Shown: positions 1 to 8,653, counted from the first letter of the stretch. The stretch is 14,669 nucleotides of DNA from Octopus sinensis (GCF_006345805.1 NW_021825671.1:1-14669); one strand, 5' to 3'. Notes: a model not told the origin generated them from the sequence alone. A program made the numbers and translations.

Positions 1-410
1 AGCGGATACAATTGTATACATATGTGTGTGTGTGTATGTGTATGTATATATACACAGATAGATAGATAAACAGATACACACACATACAAACGCATATATT
101 AAGTGACTGCTTAATATAAAACACAGAAACATAAACACGAAGCGAGTGTATACATTCATACATCAAACGAAGTGATAAAAGCAGCAACACCAAGAATAAG
201 ATCAGAAGAGAAACCGAAAATATATTAAATATAAATAACAAAAAAACATATATGTATATATATATTTGGGGAAAGAAAACAATAGATAAATATGTATAAC
301 GGAGAAAGACAAAGAAAAGAATTAGAAGAAAGTGAAAGAGCATATATCCCTTTTTAGTTTGTGTTGTGTGAGTCTGCAAGTGTGTTAGATTGTGTGTAAA
401 TAGATGGATG

Positions 411-412
411 TC

Positions 413-459
<47 letters not shown>

Positions 460-577
460 ATATAGATATATATATATGTGTGTGTGTGTGTGTGTATGTG
501 TGTGCGTGTGTGCGTGTTTATATATACTTATATATATACATATTAAAATTATATTTATATATATGTTTATATATGTA

Positions 578-621
<44 letters not shown>

Positions 622-827
622 AGTAATCTATATATGTGTGGTATGAGTGTGTATGTATATATATGTGTAAATATGCCAGAAGGCTAGAGAGAGGGGAGAG
701 TAAGATAACGAGAGAGAGAAAGGGAGAGAACATTATCTTCTCGTATATCATGTTTTATCGGTTATTCGTGTCTCTTAAAAGGTTTTAAGTCGCCATCTTA
801 TACGTAATATGAAATATATATACATAT

Positions 828-861
<34 letters not shown>

Positions 862-930
862 AATACATATAAATATATGTAGATGTATATATACATAGAG
901 GGAGAGAGAGGGGGAGAGTGACAGACAGAG
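411..930. repeat. Compound microsatellite block: (TA)n, (TG)n, (GA)n
   Basis: Directly visible dinucleotide runs, e.g. (TA)n about 417-453 and 581-619, (TG)n about 476-516, GA-rich about 897-930. Boundaries approximate. Explains the Y/I/C/V ORF 390..626. Confidence 0.95.
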
Positions 931-1314
931 AAAGAGCAGGCGAGGATGGCGAAATGGATGAATTAAGAAAGGATGAATTTAGAAAGAGACGAAGTGGAAA
1001 AGATTAAGCAAAGAAATACGTTAAAAGAAAAGCCAAATTATAGAAACAGTGAGGAAGAGGATAACAAGGTGGAGGATAAAGGATAATCTGGTCAAAAGTA
1101 CGAGATAAAAAGTCGGCTTTCAGTTTAAAACGTCCTAAGCGGCATCTGATGGGACGGAGGTGTGGCTTTACGTTTATACTGAAGACTGCAATTTTCTTGC
1201 CGCTTCCGGATTATGTGGGCGAAAGGAGATGATCCGGCGCAGTTGTTTGGACGCTTGACGCTGGAGTTTGTGCCGACCGGAGCAGCCTAGTGTTGCTACA
1301 CTCCACCCCGAGGC

Positions 1315-1660
1315 CTCCAAACCAATACCTGGAAGCATTCCGTCGGTTACGACGACGAGGTTCCGGTGATCCGATCAACGGAACAGCCTGCTCGTGAATT
1401 AACGTGTAAGTGGCTGAGCACTCCACAGAACGTGTACCCTTAACGTAGTTCTTGGGGATATTCAGCGTGACACAGAGAGTGACAAGGCCGGCCCTTTGAA
1501 ATACAGGTACAAGAACAGAAACAGAAGTAAGAGTGAGAGAAAGTTTTGTGTGAAAGAGTACAGCAGGGATCACCACCATCCCCTGCCGGAGCCTCGTGGA
1601 GTTTTCGGTGTTTTCGCTCAATAAACACTCACAACGCCCGGTCTGGCTCCAAACCAATAC
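1315..1660 (+). repeat. 14-bp target-site duplication CTCCAAACCAATAC (1315-1328 and 1647-1660)
   Basis: Both copies are identical and immediately flank the SINE. Confidence 0.93.
1329..1646 (-). mobile_element. 5'-truncated octopus tRNA-derived SINE (OR1/OR2-like, 318 bp)
   Basis: Minus strand reads ccagaccgggcgttgtgagtgtttattgagcgaaaacacc...ctccacgaggctccggcagggg...ttgtacctgtatttcaaagggccggccttgtcactc...gttaagggtacacg...gcaggctgttccgttgatcggatc...gtcgtcgtaaccgacgg, which matches my recollection of an abundant Octopus SINE. It is bounded by an exact 14-bp direct repeat. The A/B-box head is missing. Family name is from memory. Confidence 0.85.
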
Positions 1661-2139
1661 AGGTTAACACGATAGACCGAAAAGGGCAGCCCCAAGAGAG
1701 TGTCGACCGTGGATTGGTGGAGACCATCCCAACACATTACCTACGCCGTTGAGCTTCTGATCTTAATGGTCAACTTTCCAAGCATTGCACAAAATATCAA
1801 ACAACATCAATAAGCGAGTGAATAAATAAATACATAATAAAGTAGAAAAACGTTTTATACAATTTATAGCATTTTGTTGAGTCTTCACTTGTTTACTATT
1901 TTTTTTATTTTATTAATTTTAATTACTTTTATTTATTTTCCAGTTGAGTTTTATTGTCATTTTTGTTACTGAATTATATTGGGTCGTTCAGGCTGTTGAT
2001 TTATGAAACAGTTTAAACAAATTTAATGACAGACGTATATGCTGTTTCCTTTTTTCTTTTTTATTTTTATTGTTTTAGTTTGTTTCTTTGTTTATCTTTT
2101 ATTTTTGATTTGCAAATATAAATACGTTATAATTGGCAG

Positions 2140-2439
2140 AAAAAATATATAATATACTTATATACATTCCTATATGCATACACATATATTTATACATACA
2201 TATATATATATATATATCGGTATGTATGTATATATATGTGTGCGTGGGTGTATGTATACGCATTTACAGATATATGTATACAGATACATATCTATATAAA
2301 CACACACAAACACAACACACATATATATATATACATATATAATATATATATATATATATATAATATATAGAGAGAGAGAGAGAGAAATATTCTTACATAC
2401 ACACACATATACATATTTAAATATATATATATGAATATA

Positions 2440-2470
<31 letters not shown>

Positions 2471-2510
2471 ATATATTATATATATATATATACAGATATA
2501 CATACTATAG
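2140..2510. repeat. Compound (TA)n/(TACA)n/(CA)n/(GA)n microsatellite
   Basis: Directly visible; boundaries approximate. Explains ORFs 2133..2342 and 2170..2406. Confidence 0.95.
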
Positions 2511-2744
2511 ATGCATATAAAACGAAAGAAAGTAAATACGTGGAGACTTTCAGACGATGAATATTTAAGTATAAATATATAGCTATTTATATTAATAGAG
2601 TGCAACATCTATAGAATACAAACGGCAGAGAAAATTAAAGGGAAGAAAGGTGTTACAAGTTCAACAGCTGTTTCTGGGAGCTCGGAAATCCATCATAATG
2701 CTGGCAGAAGTAGTTCGTCACCATATGCAGGTGTGATGGATGCA

Positions 2745-2865
2745 TGCGTGTATGTGTACCAAGCTCTCAATATATTTACACACACACCCATCACACGGAC
2801 ACTCTCATGTATGTATGTATATACATACATATATATATATATATACGTATGTATGTATATGAATG

Positions 2866-2901
<36 letters not shown>

Positions 2902-2945
2902 GTGTCCGTAGATATATATATATATTATATATATATATATTATAT

Positions 2946-2976
<31 letters not shown>

Positions 2977-2985
2977 TATAATATA
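2745..2985. repeat. Compound (TATG)n/(TA)n/(TG)n microsatellite
   Basis: Directly visible; boundaries approximate. Explains ORF 2733..2957. Confidence 0.95.
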
Positions 2986-3650
2986 TTACCTAGACAGCTA
3001 GGCACAATGTGATACATAATCGAAATATTTAATCGTTAAAAAGGTTAATGTTGCAACTTGACCCGGAAACAGAAATCAGAAAAAATAGTACAACGAGTGT
3101 AAAAAAATTTGTAGGAAACGAAAAGGAAAAGAAAAAGGTATGTAAAGCCACGGGATGTTGGGGAGAGAACCTCGGAAAATTCACAAAATCCGTGTTTTTC
3201 TCTCATAACATTTAGTAAAATGGGTTTTTTCAACGAAATTTCATGTAAATACCTTTCAAATGGCATGTAACTAAGAGTGCTGGAGCACCTACGTTGCTCG
3301 AAATAATCTTAAAAACTCTTAATGTTGTGAGAAGACCGTGATATAATATACACAGACAGGGAAAATACCCGCCCCTTGATCGTTTCTAGAATTACTAAAC
3401 TAGATCTAGTTCTACCTATTTTATAGGTATTGTAAGTACTGACTACTCAAACTGTCTCTGGTTTGGCTAATTCCGTCTGTCAGTTCATATATTTTTACCA
3501 TGAAAATTAATGGCTGATTTAGCGAAATGTTAATGCTTATACTAAAAATTGATATAAACAATTAGGCGAAAACCTAACAAACAGATAGCTGAGACAAAAA
3601 CACGTTACAAGGAACAGCGGATTTTTCTCATCAGTTAGTTTCCCAGACGT

Positions 3651-3710
3651 CGTACATACATACATACATAAACGTATGTATGTATGTATTTATGTATGTA
3701 CGTATGTACG
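3651..3710. repeat. Fold-back (TACA)n/(TATG)n microsatellite
   Basis: atacatacatacata (3656-3670) and tatgtatgtatgtat (3675-3689) form a perfect 15-bp inverted repeat around a 4-nt AACG loop. Confidence 0.9.
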
Positions 3711-4053
3711 TAAAGAAATAATGTACATGAATACAATGGCTTCAGCCGTATGTCAATTCGATCAGTGTTGATAAGAAGCGGGACAAGAACAACAACAAAT
3801 AAATTTATCAGTGAAAATTTATCAGTGAAATTTTCTGCAAATTACTGCTTAGCGACTTAAATTAGAAAGATTTCATTCTTCACTTCTGTGCTATGCAACT
3901 TTATTTACATCCATACATTCATACATCCATACATGTATGTACTTACATACGTATATATGTGTTTGTGAAGGTGTATACGAATATATTATATATATTAGAT
4001 ATAATATATATTATCGACCGCACATAGTTAACGTATGTGTTTTGTCTGCTCAC

Positions 4054-4087
4054 CGGCTCGCTGCTTATAGCGCTTGGGGGGCGAGTC
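4054..4087 (-). CDS. Candidate 34-nt exon (speculative), unknown product
   Basis: Minus strand tgcag|gactcg...gagccg|gtgagc. It is open in the frame needed to continue the 4225-4283 candidate (R-TRPPSAISSEP) and ends in phase 0. The pyrimidine tract is distant from the AG, and no homology is recognised. Confidence 0.15.
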
Positions 4088-4224
4088 CTGCATGATTATA
4101 TGCCCAGGTGGTGTTTCATCAGAGGTTAAAGATAAATGAGAATTAATTAAGTAATACAATCATTCTATCGTTCCAGTCCTAAGATGAATTCAAACTGTAG
4201 GCCAATTTGTCCCAAAGTTCTTAC

Positions 4225-4283
4225 CTCGACGCAAAATTAACGAAGCGAATGTCATTTATCTCCCCTTTGATCTCTGACGTCAT
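4225..4283 (-). CDS. Candidate 59-nt exon (speculative), unknown product
   Basis: Minus strand: branch-like CTCAT about 30 nt upstream, then tcttgcttcgtgttttgttag|ATG ACG TCA...GCG TCG AG|gtaaga. Only one frame is open (MTSEIKGEINDIRFVNFAS). No homology recognised. Confidence 0.27.
4275..4282. promoter_or_regulatory. Perfect CRE palindrome TGACGTCA
   Basis: Exact match to the CREB/ATF consensus; function unsupported. Confidence 0.2.
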
Positions 4284-4474
4284 CTAACAAAACACGAAGC
4301 AAGATGACGCGAATGAGCCAAGCTTTACCTGCTAGAAATAGCAATCCCAATGAAGGGTAGATTTTCAATCGCGGAATCATCATTATTCGAAAAAGGTATA
4401 ATATATCTATGTAGAGCAAATGTAGGCTGAGATACAGGGTTCACAGACGGAAATACAGAATGTCGCTTATGTTT

Positions 4475-4496
4475 TGTGTGTGTGTGTGTGTGTGTG
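4475..4496. repeat. (TG)11 microsatellite
   Basis: Directly visible. Confidence 0.95.
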
Positions 4497-4625
4497 TTTC
4501 AGTATGCATTAGAAGCAGCTCGGTGTTTACAAGATGAGTCGAATACATATATTTGCTCCGTATTTTGTTAGTTCGTGGGTCAGCTGCATTTTTGGTGTAA
4601 GAGAATATATTCTCAATGCGCCTGG

Positions 4626-4689
4626 GAGTTTAAAACACCTGAGAGTAAGTCATAAGCAAGCGAAACAACTCACCTCAGGTGCGTTTCTC
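4626..4689 (-). other. Stem-loop of about 18 bp covering a consensus 5' splice site (pre-miRNA-like size)
   Basis: Minus strand: CACCUGAG (4681-4674) pairs with CUCAGGUG (4643-4636); one bulged U (4644); GUGAGU (4673-4668) pairs with ACUUAC (4650-4645); further U-G, G-U, U-A pairs inside and one G-U outside. Pairing checked by hand. Confidence 0.5.
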
Positions 4690-4775
4690 GGAGCGACAAA
4701 CGTCAATGTTCCGTCATTGTTCTGACCTTTCAATGCCGCGTACCGAACAAGGCCTGCTGCATGCCATATTGCCGA
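4674..4775 (-). CDS. Candidate 102-nt exon (speculative), unknown product
   Basis: Consensus donor GAG|GTGAGT at 4674/4673. The frame SAIWHAAGLVRYAALKGQNNDGTLTFVAPRNAPE ends in phase 0, compatible with the 4225-4283 candidate. The acceptor (catag| at 4776-4777) has a poor pyrimidine tract, so the 5' boundary is uncertain. Confidence 0.2.
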
Positions 4776-4955
4776 CTATGACTATATGCTAAATGGTTTA
4801 GAAATCATCTGCTGGTATGTCCCAACGTTTTATGCCACGAGAAAGATTCAAATATGAATTAGAACTAGCTCGAGATTTGTAAGGGCACTGAGAATATATT
4901 ATTTTGCCAACGCACGAAACTTTTGTTAGGAATTGAGTATAGTATTATATGATAC

Positions 4956-5174
4956 TAGTTTTCAAAATTTGGCAAAATAGCCAGTAAATCCGAGTCCGGA
5001 GGAGTGGGTAAGTCGAATACATCGACCCCAATATTCAAATGGTACTTATTTTATCAACCGCGAAATGATGAAAGGCAAAGTCTATCGCTGCGGAATTTGA
5101 ACTCAGAAGATACAGACCGACAGAATGACGCTAAGCATTTTGCCCCGCGTAGTAACGATTCTGCCAACTCACCG
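4956..5174 (-). mobile_element. Octopus tRNA-derived SINE (OK-like), copy 1 of head-to-tail trimer
   Basis: Reverse complement aligns with the plus-strand copy at 8404-8627 over head and body (gagttcaaattcc B-box, actttgcctttcatc, ataaaataagtacc, gtcgatgtattcgacttacc). It carries the short ...ccaaattttgaaaacta tail also seen at 9720-9763. Confidence 0.85.
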
Positions 5175-5193
5175 GATTAGAGCGTTAAATGTT

Positions 5194-5410
5194 ATTGGTT
5201 TCAAATTCTGGTAAAAAGCTATCAATTTCGGGAGAGAGGGTATGTCAATTACATTGAACCTAGTGTTCAACTGGTACTTCTTTTATCGACTCCAAAAGGA
5301 TGAAAGGTAAAGTCGTTCTCGAGGGAATTTGTGCTCAGAACGTAAAAAGCGACGAAGTGCCGCGAAGCATTTTGTTCGGCGTAGTAACGAATATGCCAGC
5401 TCGCCGCCTT
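5194..5410 (-). mobile_element. Octopus tRNA-derived SINE (OK-like), copy 2 of trimer, full head
   Basis: Reverse complement begins aaggcggcgagctggcatattcgttac and continues through acgttctgagcacaaattcc, actttacctttcatccttttggagtcgataaaag, agtaccagttg and the same short tail. Confidence 0.87.
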
Positions 5411-5798
5411 AATGGTTTCCAATTTTGGTACAAGGCAAGCAATTCCGAGGAGTGTGTAAGTCGAATACATCGACCCCTGTGCTCGGCTAGTACTTATTTT
5501 GTCGCCCCTAAAACGATGAAATGCTATGCCCTAAAACGATATGAAATGCTATGTTCGAATACATCGAACCCTGTGCTCGGCTAGTACTTATTTTATCGCC
5601 CCTAAAACGATATGAAATGCTATGCCCTAAAACGATATGAAATGCTATGTTCGAATACATCGAACACTGTGCTCGGCTAGTACTTATTTTATCGCCCCTA
5701 AAAAGGATGAAATGATTTGTCGACCTCGGTAGAATTTGAACTCAGAACGTAAGGACGGACGGACGAAATGTGTGGTGTGTGCTAACGATTCTAGCAGC
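5411..5798 (-). mobile_element. Octopus tRNA-derived SINE (OK-like), copy 3 of trimer, expanded by internal tandem duplication
   Basis: Tail at 5411-5460, body triplicated at 5461-5700, head and B-box at 5701-5798 (plus strand gtcgacctcggtagaatttgaactcagaacgtaa...gctaacgattct). Confidence 0.82.
5461..5700. repeat. Tandem repeat of 94-96-bp units (about 2.5 copies) with a nested 25-bp duplication
   Basis: Units start at 5461, 5555 and 5651 (tcgaatacatcga..ctgtgctcggctagtacttatttt.tcgcccctaaaa). ccctaaaacgatatgaaatgctatg is duplicated at 5600-5624 and 5625-5649. Confidence 0.93.
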
Positions 5799-5857
5799 AC
5801 GATGCTTTCACGTATTAAATGTATTAACAGATCTTCCTGTCCTATGATGTATAGCAA

Positions 5858-5865
5858 TGACGTCA
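5858..5865. promoter_or_regulatory. Perfect CRE palindrome TGACGTCA
   Basis: Exact match to the CREB/ATF consensus; function unsupported. Confidence 0.17.
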
Positions 5866-6142
5866 GCGTCCAAGTGTTTATCTAAAATTTCGCTGAATGC
5901 AATTCAAACCTACACGTAGCGTTATTACTCTTGTCTTCTTAATATGAAGACGCTTACAGATATCAACATTTTAGCTTAAACGAAATATTTGTTTAAAATC
6001 TCTCATCATGTTTTTATTACACATAGCAATAATATATCATATGTCAATCTTTCACAACACGCATCTAATACGGCGCTTCTATTGAACATTCCTATGGTTT
6101 TAACCAGAACGTCATGAAAAGCTCTAAAGCAACACGTGCAAG

Positions 6143-6196
<54 letters not shown>
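6143..6196. repeat. (TA)4(TG)23 microsatellite
   Basis: Directly visible; pure TG run at 6151-6196. Confidence 0.95.
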
Positions 6197-6200
<4 letters not shown>

Positions 6201-6754
6201 TCTATTTATGCGTATATGCGTGTTTGTCTGAACTTGTGCGCATGCGTGAATATAACACTTATAAAATGACAAAATGACAAAATGACAATATTATCACTTT
6301 TTCGAACGTTAAATATTTCAAAATATCAAAATAAAACAATTCATTTTAACGAAATGAATTGATTTTTATACTCATATTTAGCGCTGGAATATTCGACAGA
6401 CATCCAGCTGATTATTATTATTATTATTAAGATTACCGGAGGTGTTGGCGGAGGAGTATGGTGATATTTTAGTTATTATTCCATGTAATTTATGCTAAAA
6501 ACATCATCGAACTAACGATTTTGATATTTTGAATTCTTGCTAATTCTTAAATGAAATATCGTATAATCCTCCATCTCCTCATTTAAATGGTTTTCCAAAT
6601 GGACGTAACGCTTGTTATTATTACATTTTTTTTCTCTTATTCTTTTAGATGAATATATTTACATAAATATAATGACATACATAAATCTGCATTAATACGA
6701 AAACGTATTGAAAGTTTAGATAGCATCCCTATGCGTGCATGTATAAGTATCCAT

Positions 6755-6970
6755 ATATATTTACACACACACACACTCTTATATATAAATATAAATATAT
6801 ATATATTTATATATATATATATGAATATATAACAGCACAAAAATTACATAAGTATCTGAATCCATGACACTTACATATACGTGTGTGTATGTATATATAT
6901 ATATATATATATATATAAAGAAAGTGAGAGAGACAGACAGACAGAAATAAAGAGAGTGTGAGAGAGAGTC
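6755..6970. repeat. Compound (CA)n/(TA)n/(TG)n/(GA)n microsatellites
   Basis: Directly visible; boundaries approximate. Confidence 0.9.
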
Positions 6971-7217
6971 AATAGATGGCGTCGAGAGAATCTCAATATA
7001 GAAAACACTTAGTTGCGCTGAAATGATTTGAATTTACTTCACCGAGGACCAACTCACCAGGGTAAAGAATGGCTGTAATCTGAGTAAGTTTGCTCCATAA
7101 AACAATATATATTTATTTATACTTGATCCTTTGTCATCTGGAAACTTTGAGTCTACTTTCTAACATGTATACATGTATGTGTATATTTTGTCCATTAAAG
7201 CCTATAGTCTTATCGTT

Positions 7218-7264
7218 CTATCTCTCTCGGTGTCTCTGTCTCTCTCTCTCTCTCTCTCGCTCCC

Positions 7265-7306
<42 letters not shown>
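7218..7306. repeat. (CT)n plus (TA)n microsatellite
   Basis: Directly visible; explains ORFs 7090..7362 and 7173..7421. Confidence 0.95.
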
Positions 7307-7309
<3 letters not shown>

Positions 7310-8403
7310 CTACATCTTCATCTGTATATTTACCTTCCCTAAGATGTTATTACTTGATTTGAAAACTTTTATATTATTGGAAAACCTATATAAATTAGCT
7401 GAAGATTACTCAGCATCTTAAATCTGCTGTAATATTTACAGCTTTTAATAAAATGTTGTAGTATGAAACAATTGTACTAAATTACCGGATTCATTCTTGT
7501 TGCTTATTTTTGATTATAATCACCCCGCATATTTTTATGGGTAACACCATACAAAATTGTGGTGCATCTAAATTAAGTACCATATTCATTTGAATCTAAA
7601 TTGTTGCTGATATATATATATATATATATGAATTATTAAGGTGACTATTAGTAATTAAGAACCGATAGGCCAGAAGCACAGTAGTCACTAAAGGGACAGA
7701 GGGTGCTAGAAAGCACCACCATTGCTAGAAATAAGAGTCAAAACAACTCTTAGCCACGTAAGAGCACTATTCTAACGGCTGACAAGGGAGACAGGTTCCA
7801 TCCCTACTACAAGCGAGATGGAGTCATAGCAGCACTGATTTCAGATTTAATCAATTTCTGTTAGTGACTCATTGCTTTATCGCCGAGGGTTAAAGAACCT
7901 AAGTTTCCTTGTCAGCCTTATAGAGATCGCCATAGGAAACATTGGCTGATTTCGAAAATGGTGGAGTGAGAATTATAGATTATCAAGGTGGCTGTTTGCT
8001 GATGGGCAACAAGTAGAGTTGTCACTTAAGTGACAAATATATAAGTTGCTTAATGTACGAAATGAATGGAATAAAGACATGAATGCGCGTGTGCAAGCAC
8101 GTTTGTAATACACACTGGCAAACACACATACACACAACTTAAGTAAAGATATGGTCATATACGGGCGTATTACCGACAGTTAACACCTTTGTAACGCTTC
8201 TGCATGTAAACCCTCGTTTCTTCTCATTCTCTTCCAGTCATTCGACCAACGCCAGTAACATGTTCAGATATATGACAACTAATATTTCTGGGTTAACCCT
8301 TTTCATGTTTTTCTTTCCATTACACTGTTCTTTCTACTTATCTGTTTGTTTCTCTGCCTATCTGTGTTTGTGTGTGTGTCTATCTATCTTTCTAGCTATC
8401 TAT

Positions 8404-8627
8404 CGAGCTGGCAGAAACGTTAGCACGCCGAGCGAAATGCGTAGCCGTATTTCGTCTGCCGTTACGTTCTGAGTTCAAATTCCGCTGAGGTCGACTTTGC
8501 CTTTCATCCTTTCGGGGTCGATAAATTAAGTACCAGTTACGCACTGGGATCGAATTAATCGACTTAATCCGTTTGTCTGTCCTTGTTTATCCCCTGTGTT
8601 TAGCCCCTTCTGGGTAGTAAAGAAATA
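8404..8627 (+). mobile_element. Near full-length octopus tRNA-derived SINE (OK-like), long-tail variant
   Basis: cgagctggcagaaacgttagcacg head (A-box-like), B-box GTTCAAATTC at 8473-8482, body gtcgactttgcctttcatcctttcggggtcgataaattaagtaccag, tail ...tagccccttctgggtagtaaagaaata. Possible 11-bp TSD tctagctatct at 8391-8401 and 8630-8640, in low-complexity context. Confidence 0.9.
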
Positions 8628-8653
8628 TATCTAGCTATCTGTCTGTCTGTCAG

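Larger units (their letters stand above)
1290..1800 (-). mobile_element. Probable degenerate non-LTR retrotransposon (CRE-like) reverse-transcriptase thumb-region remnant, interrupted by a SINE
   Basis: Removing the SINE and one TSD copy (1329-1660) joins one minus-strand frame reading LIFCAMLGKLTIKIRSSTA*VMCWDGLHQSTVDTLLGLPFSVYRVNLYWFGGLGV (KLT at 1768-1776, stop at 1741-1743, LLGLP at 1684-1698, GGLGV at 1304-1318). The order resembles the remembered CRE-clade pattern LLR.C...PKL.YLLRT.P....FD.......ILG.PL.......LP...GGLG[LI]. Similarity judged by eye only. Confidence 0.4.

Noticed and set aside
1211-1657. 148-aa minus-strand ORF as a real gene
   Set aside because: About two thirds lies inside the SINE and it crosses both TSD copies, so it is a chimeric by-product of the insertion. 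The same applies to the plus ORF 1546..1752 and the minus ORF 1440..1628.
1715-1775. Faint resemblance of the minus strand (gatcagaagctcaac...ttgggatggtctccacc) to the 5S rRNA internal control region
   Set aside because: Short, gapped and low-identity, and the same bases fit the LINE RT reading better.
2595-2735. Open plus-strand stretch ending at a donor-like GCAG|GTGTGA
   Set aside because: No convincing acceptor, two frames are equally open, and no recognisable peptide.
3040-3430. Possible Helitron/Helentron-like end (small hairpin before CTAG at about 3386; palindrome aactagatctagtt at 3398-3411; hairpin at 3413-3429)
   Set aside because: The hairpins are short and AT-rich, no matching 5' terminus was found, and no family is recognised.
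3560-4320. CTGATGA cores on the minus strand (about 3628-3634 and 4116-4122) and ctgacg..cgaa at 4274-4313 as hammerhead ribozymes
   Set aside because: No stem II followed by GAAA and no stem III/cleavage triplet in the required arrangement.
5300-5584. 94-aa plus ORF and overlapping 67-aa minus ORF
   Set aside because: Both lie within the SINE trimer and its internal repeat.
5461-5700. CRISPR-like appearance of repeated units (also 10512-10868)
   Set aside because: The units are contiguous tandem copies with no unique spacers, the DNA is eukaryotic, and no cas genes are present.
7680-7980. ILTADKG peptide resembling the Penelope-type RT ADKG motif, and an 11-bp inverted repeat ggctgacaagg/ccttgtcagcc (7777-7787, 7907-7917)
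   Set aside because: The residues after ADKG do not fit the motif and the frame has several stops. The inverted repeat has no TSD and does not extend.
8205-8300. Strong plus-strand pyrimidine tract and AG at 8236-8237
   Set aside because: No good downstream donor, and pyrimidine tracts are common in this window.
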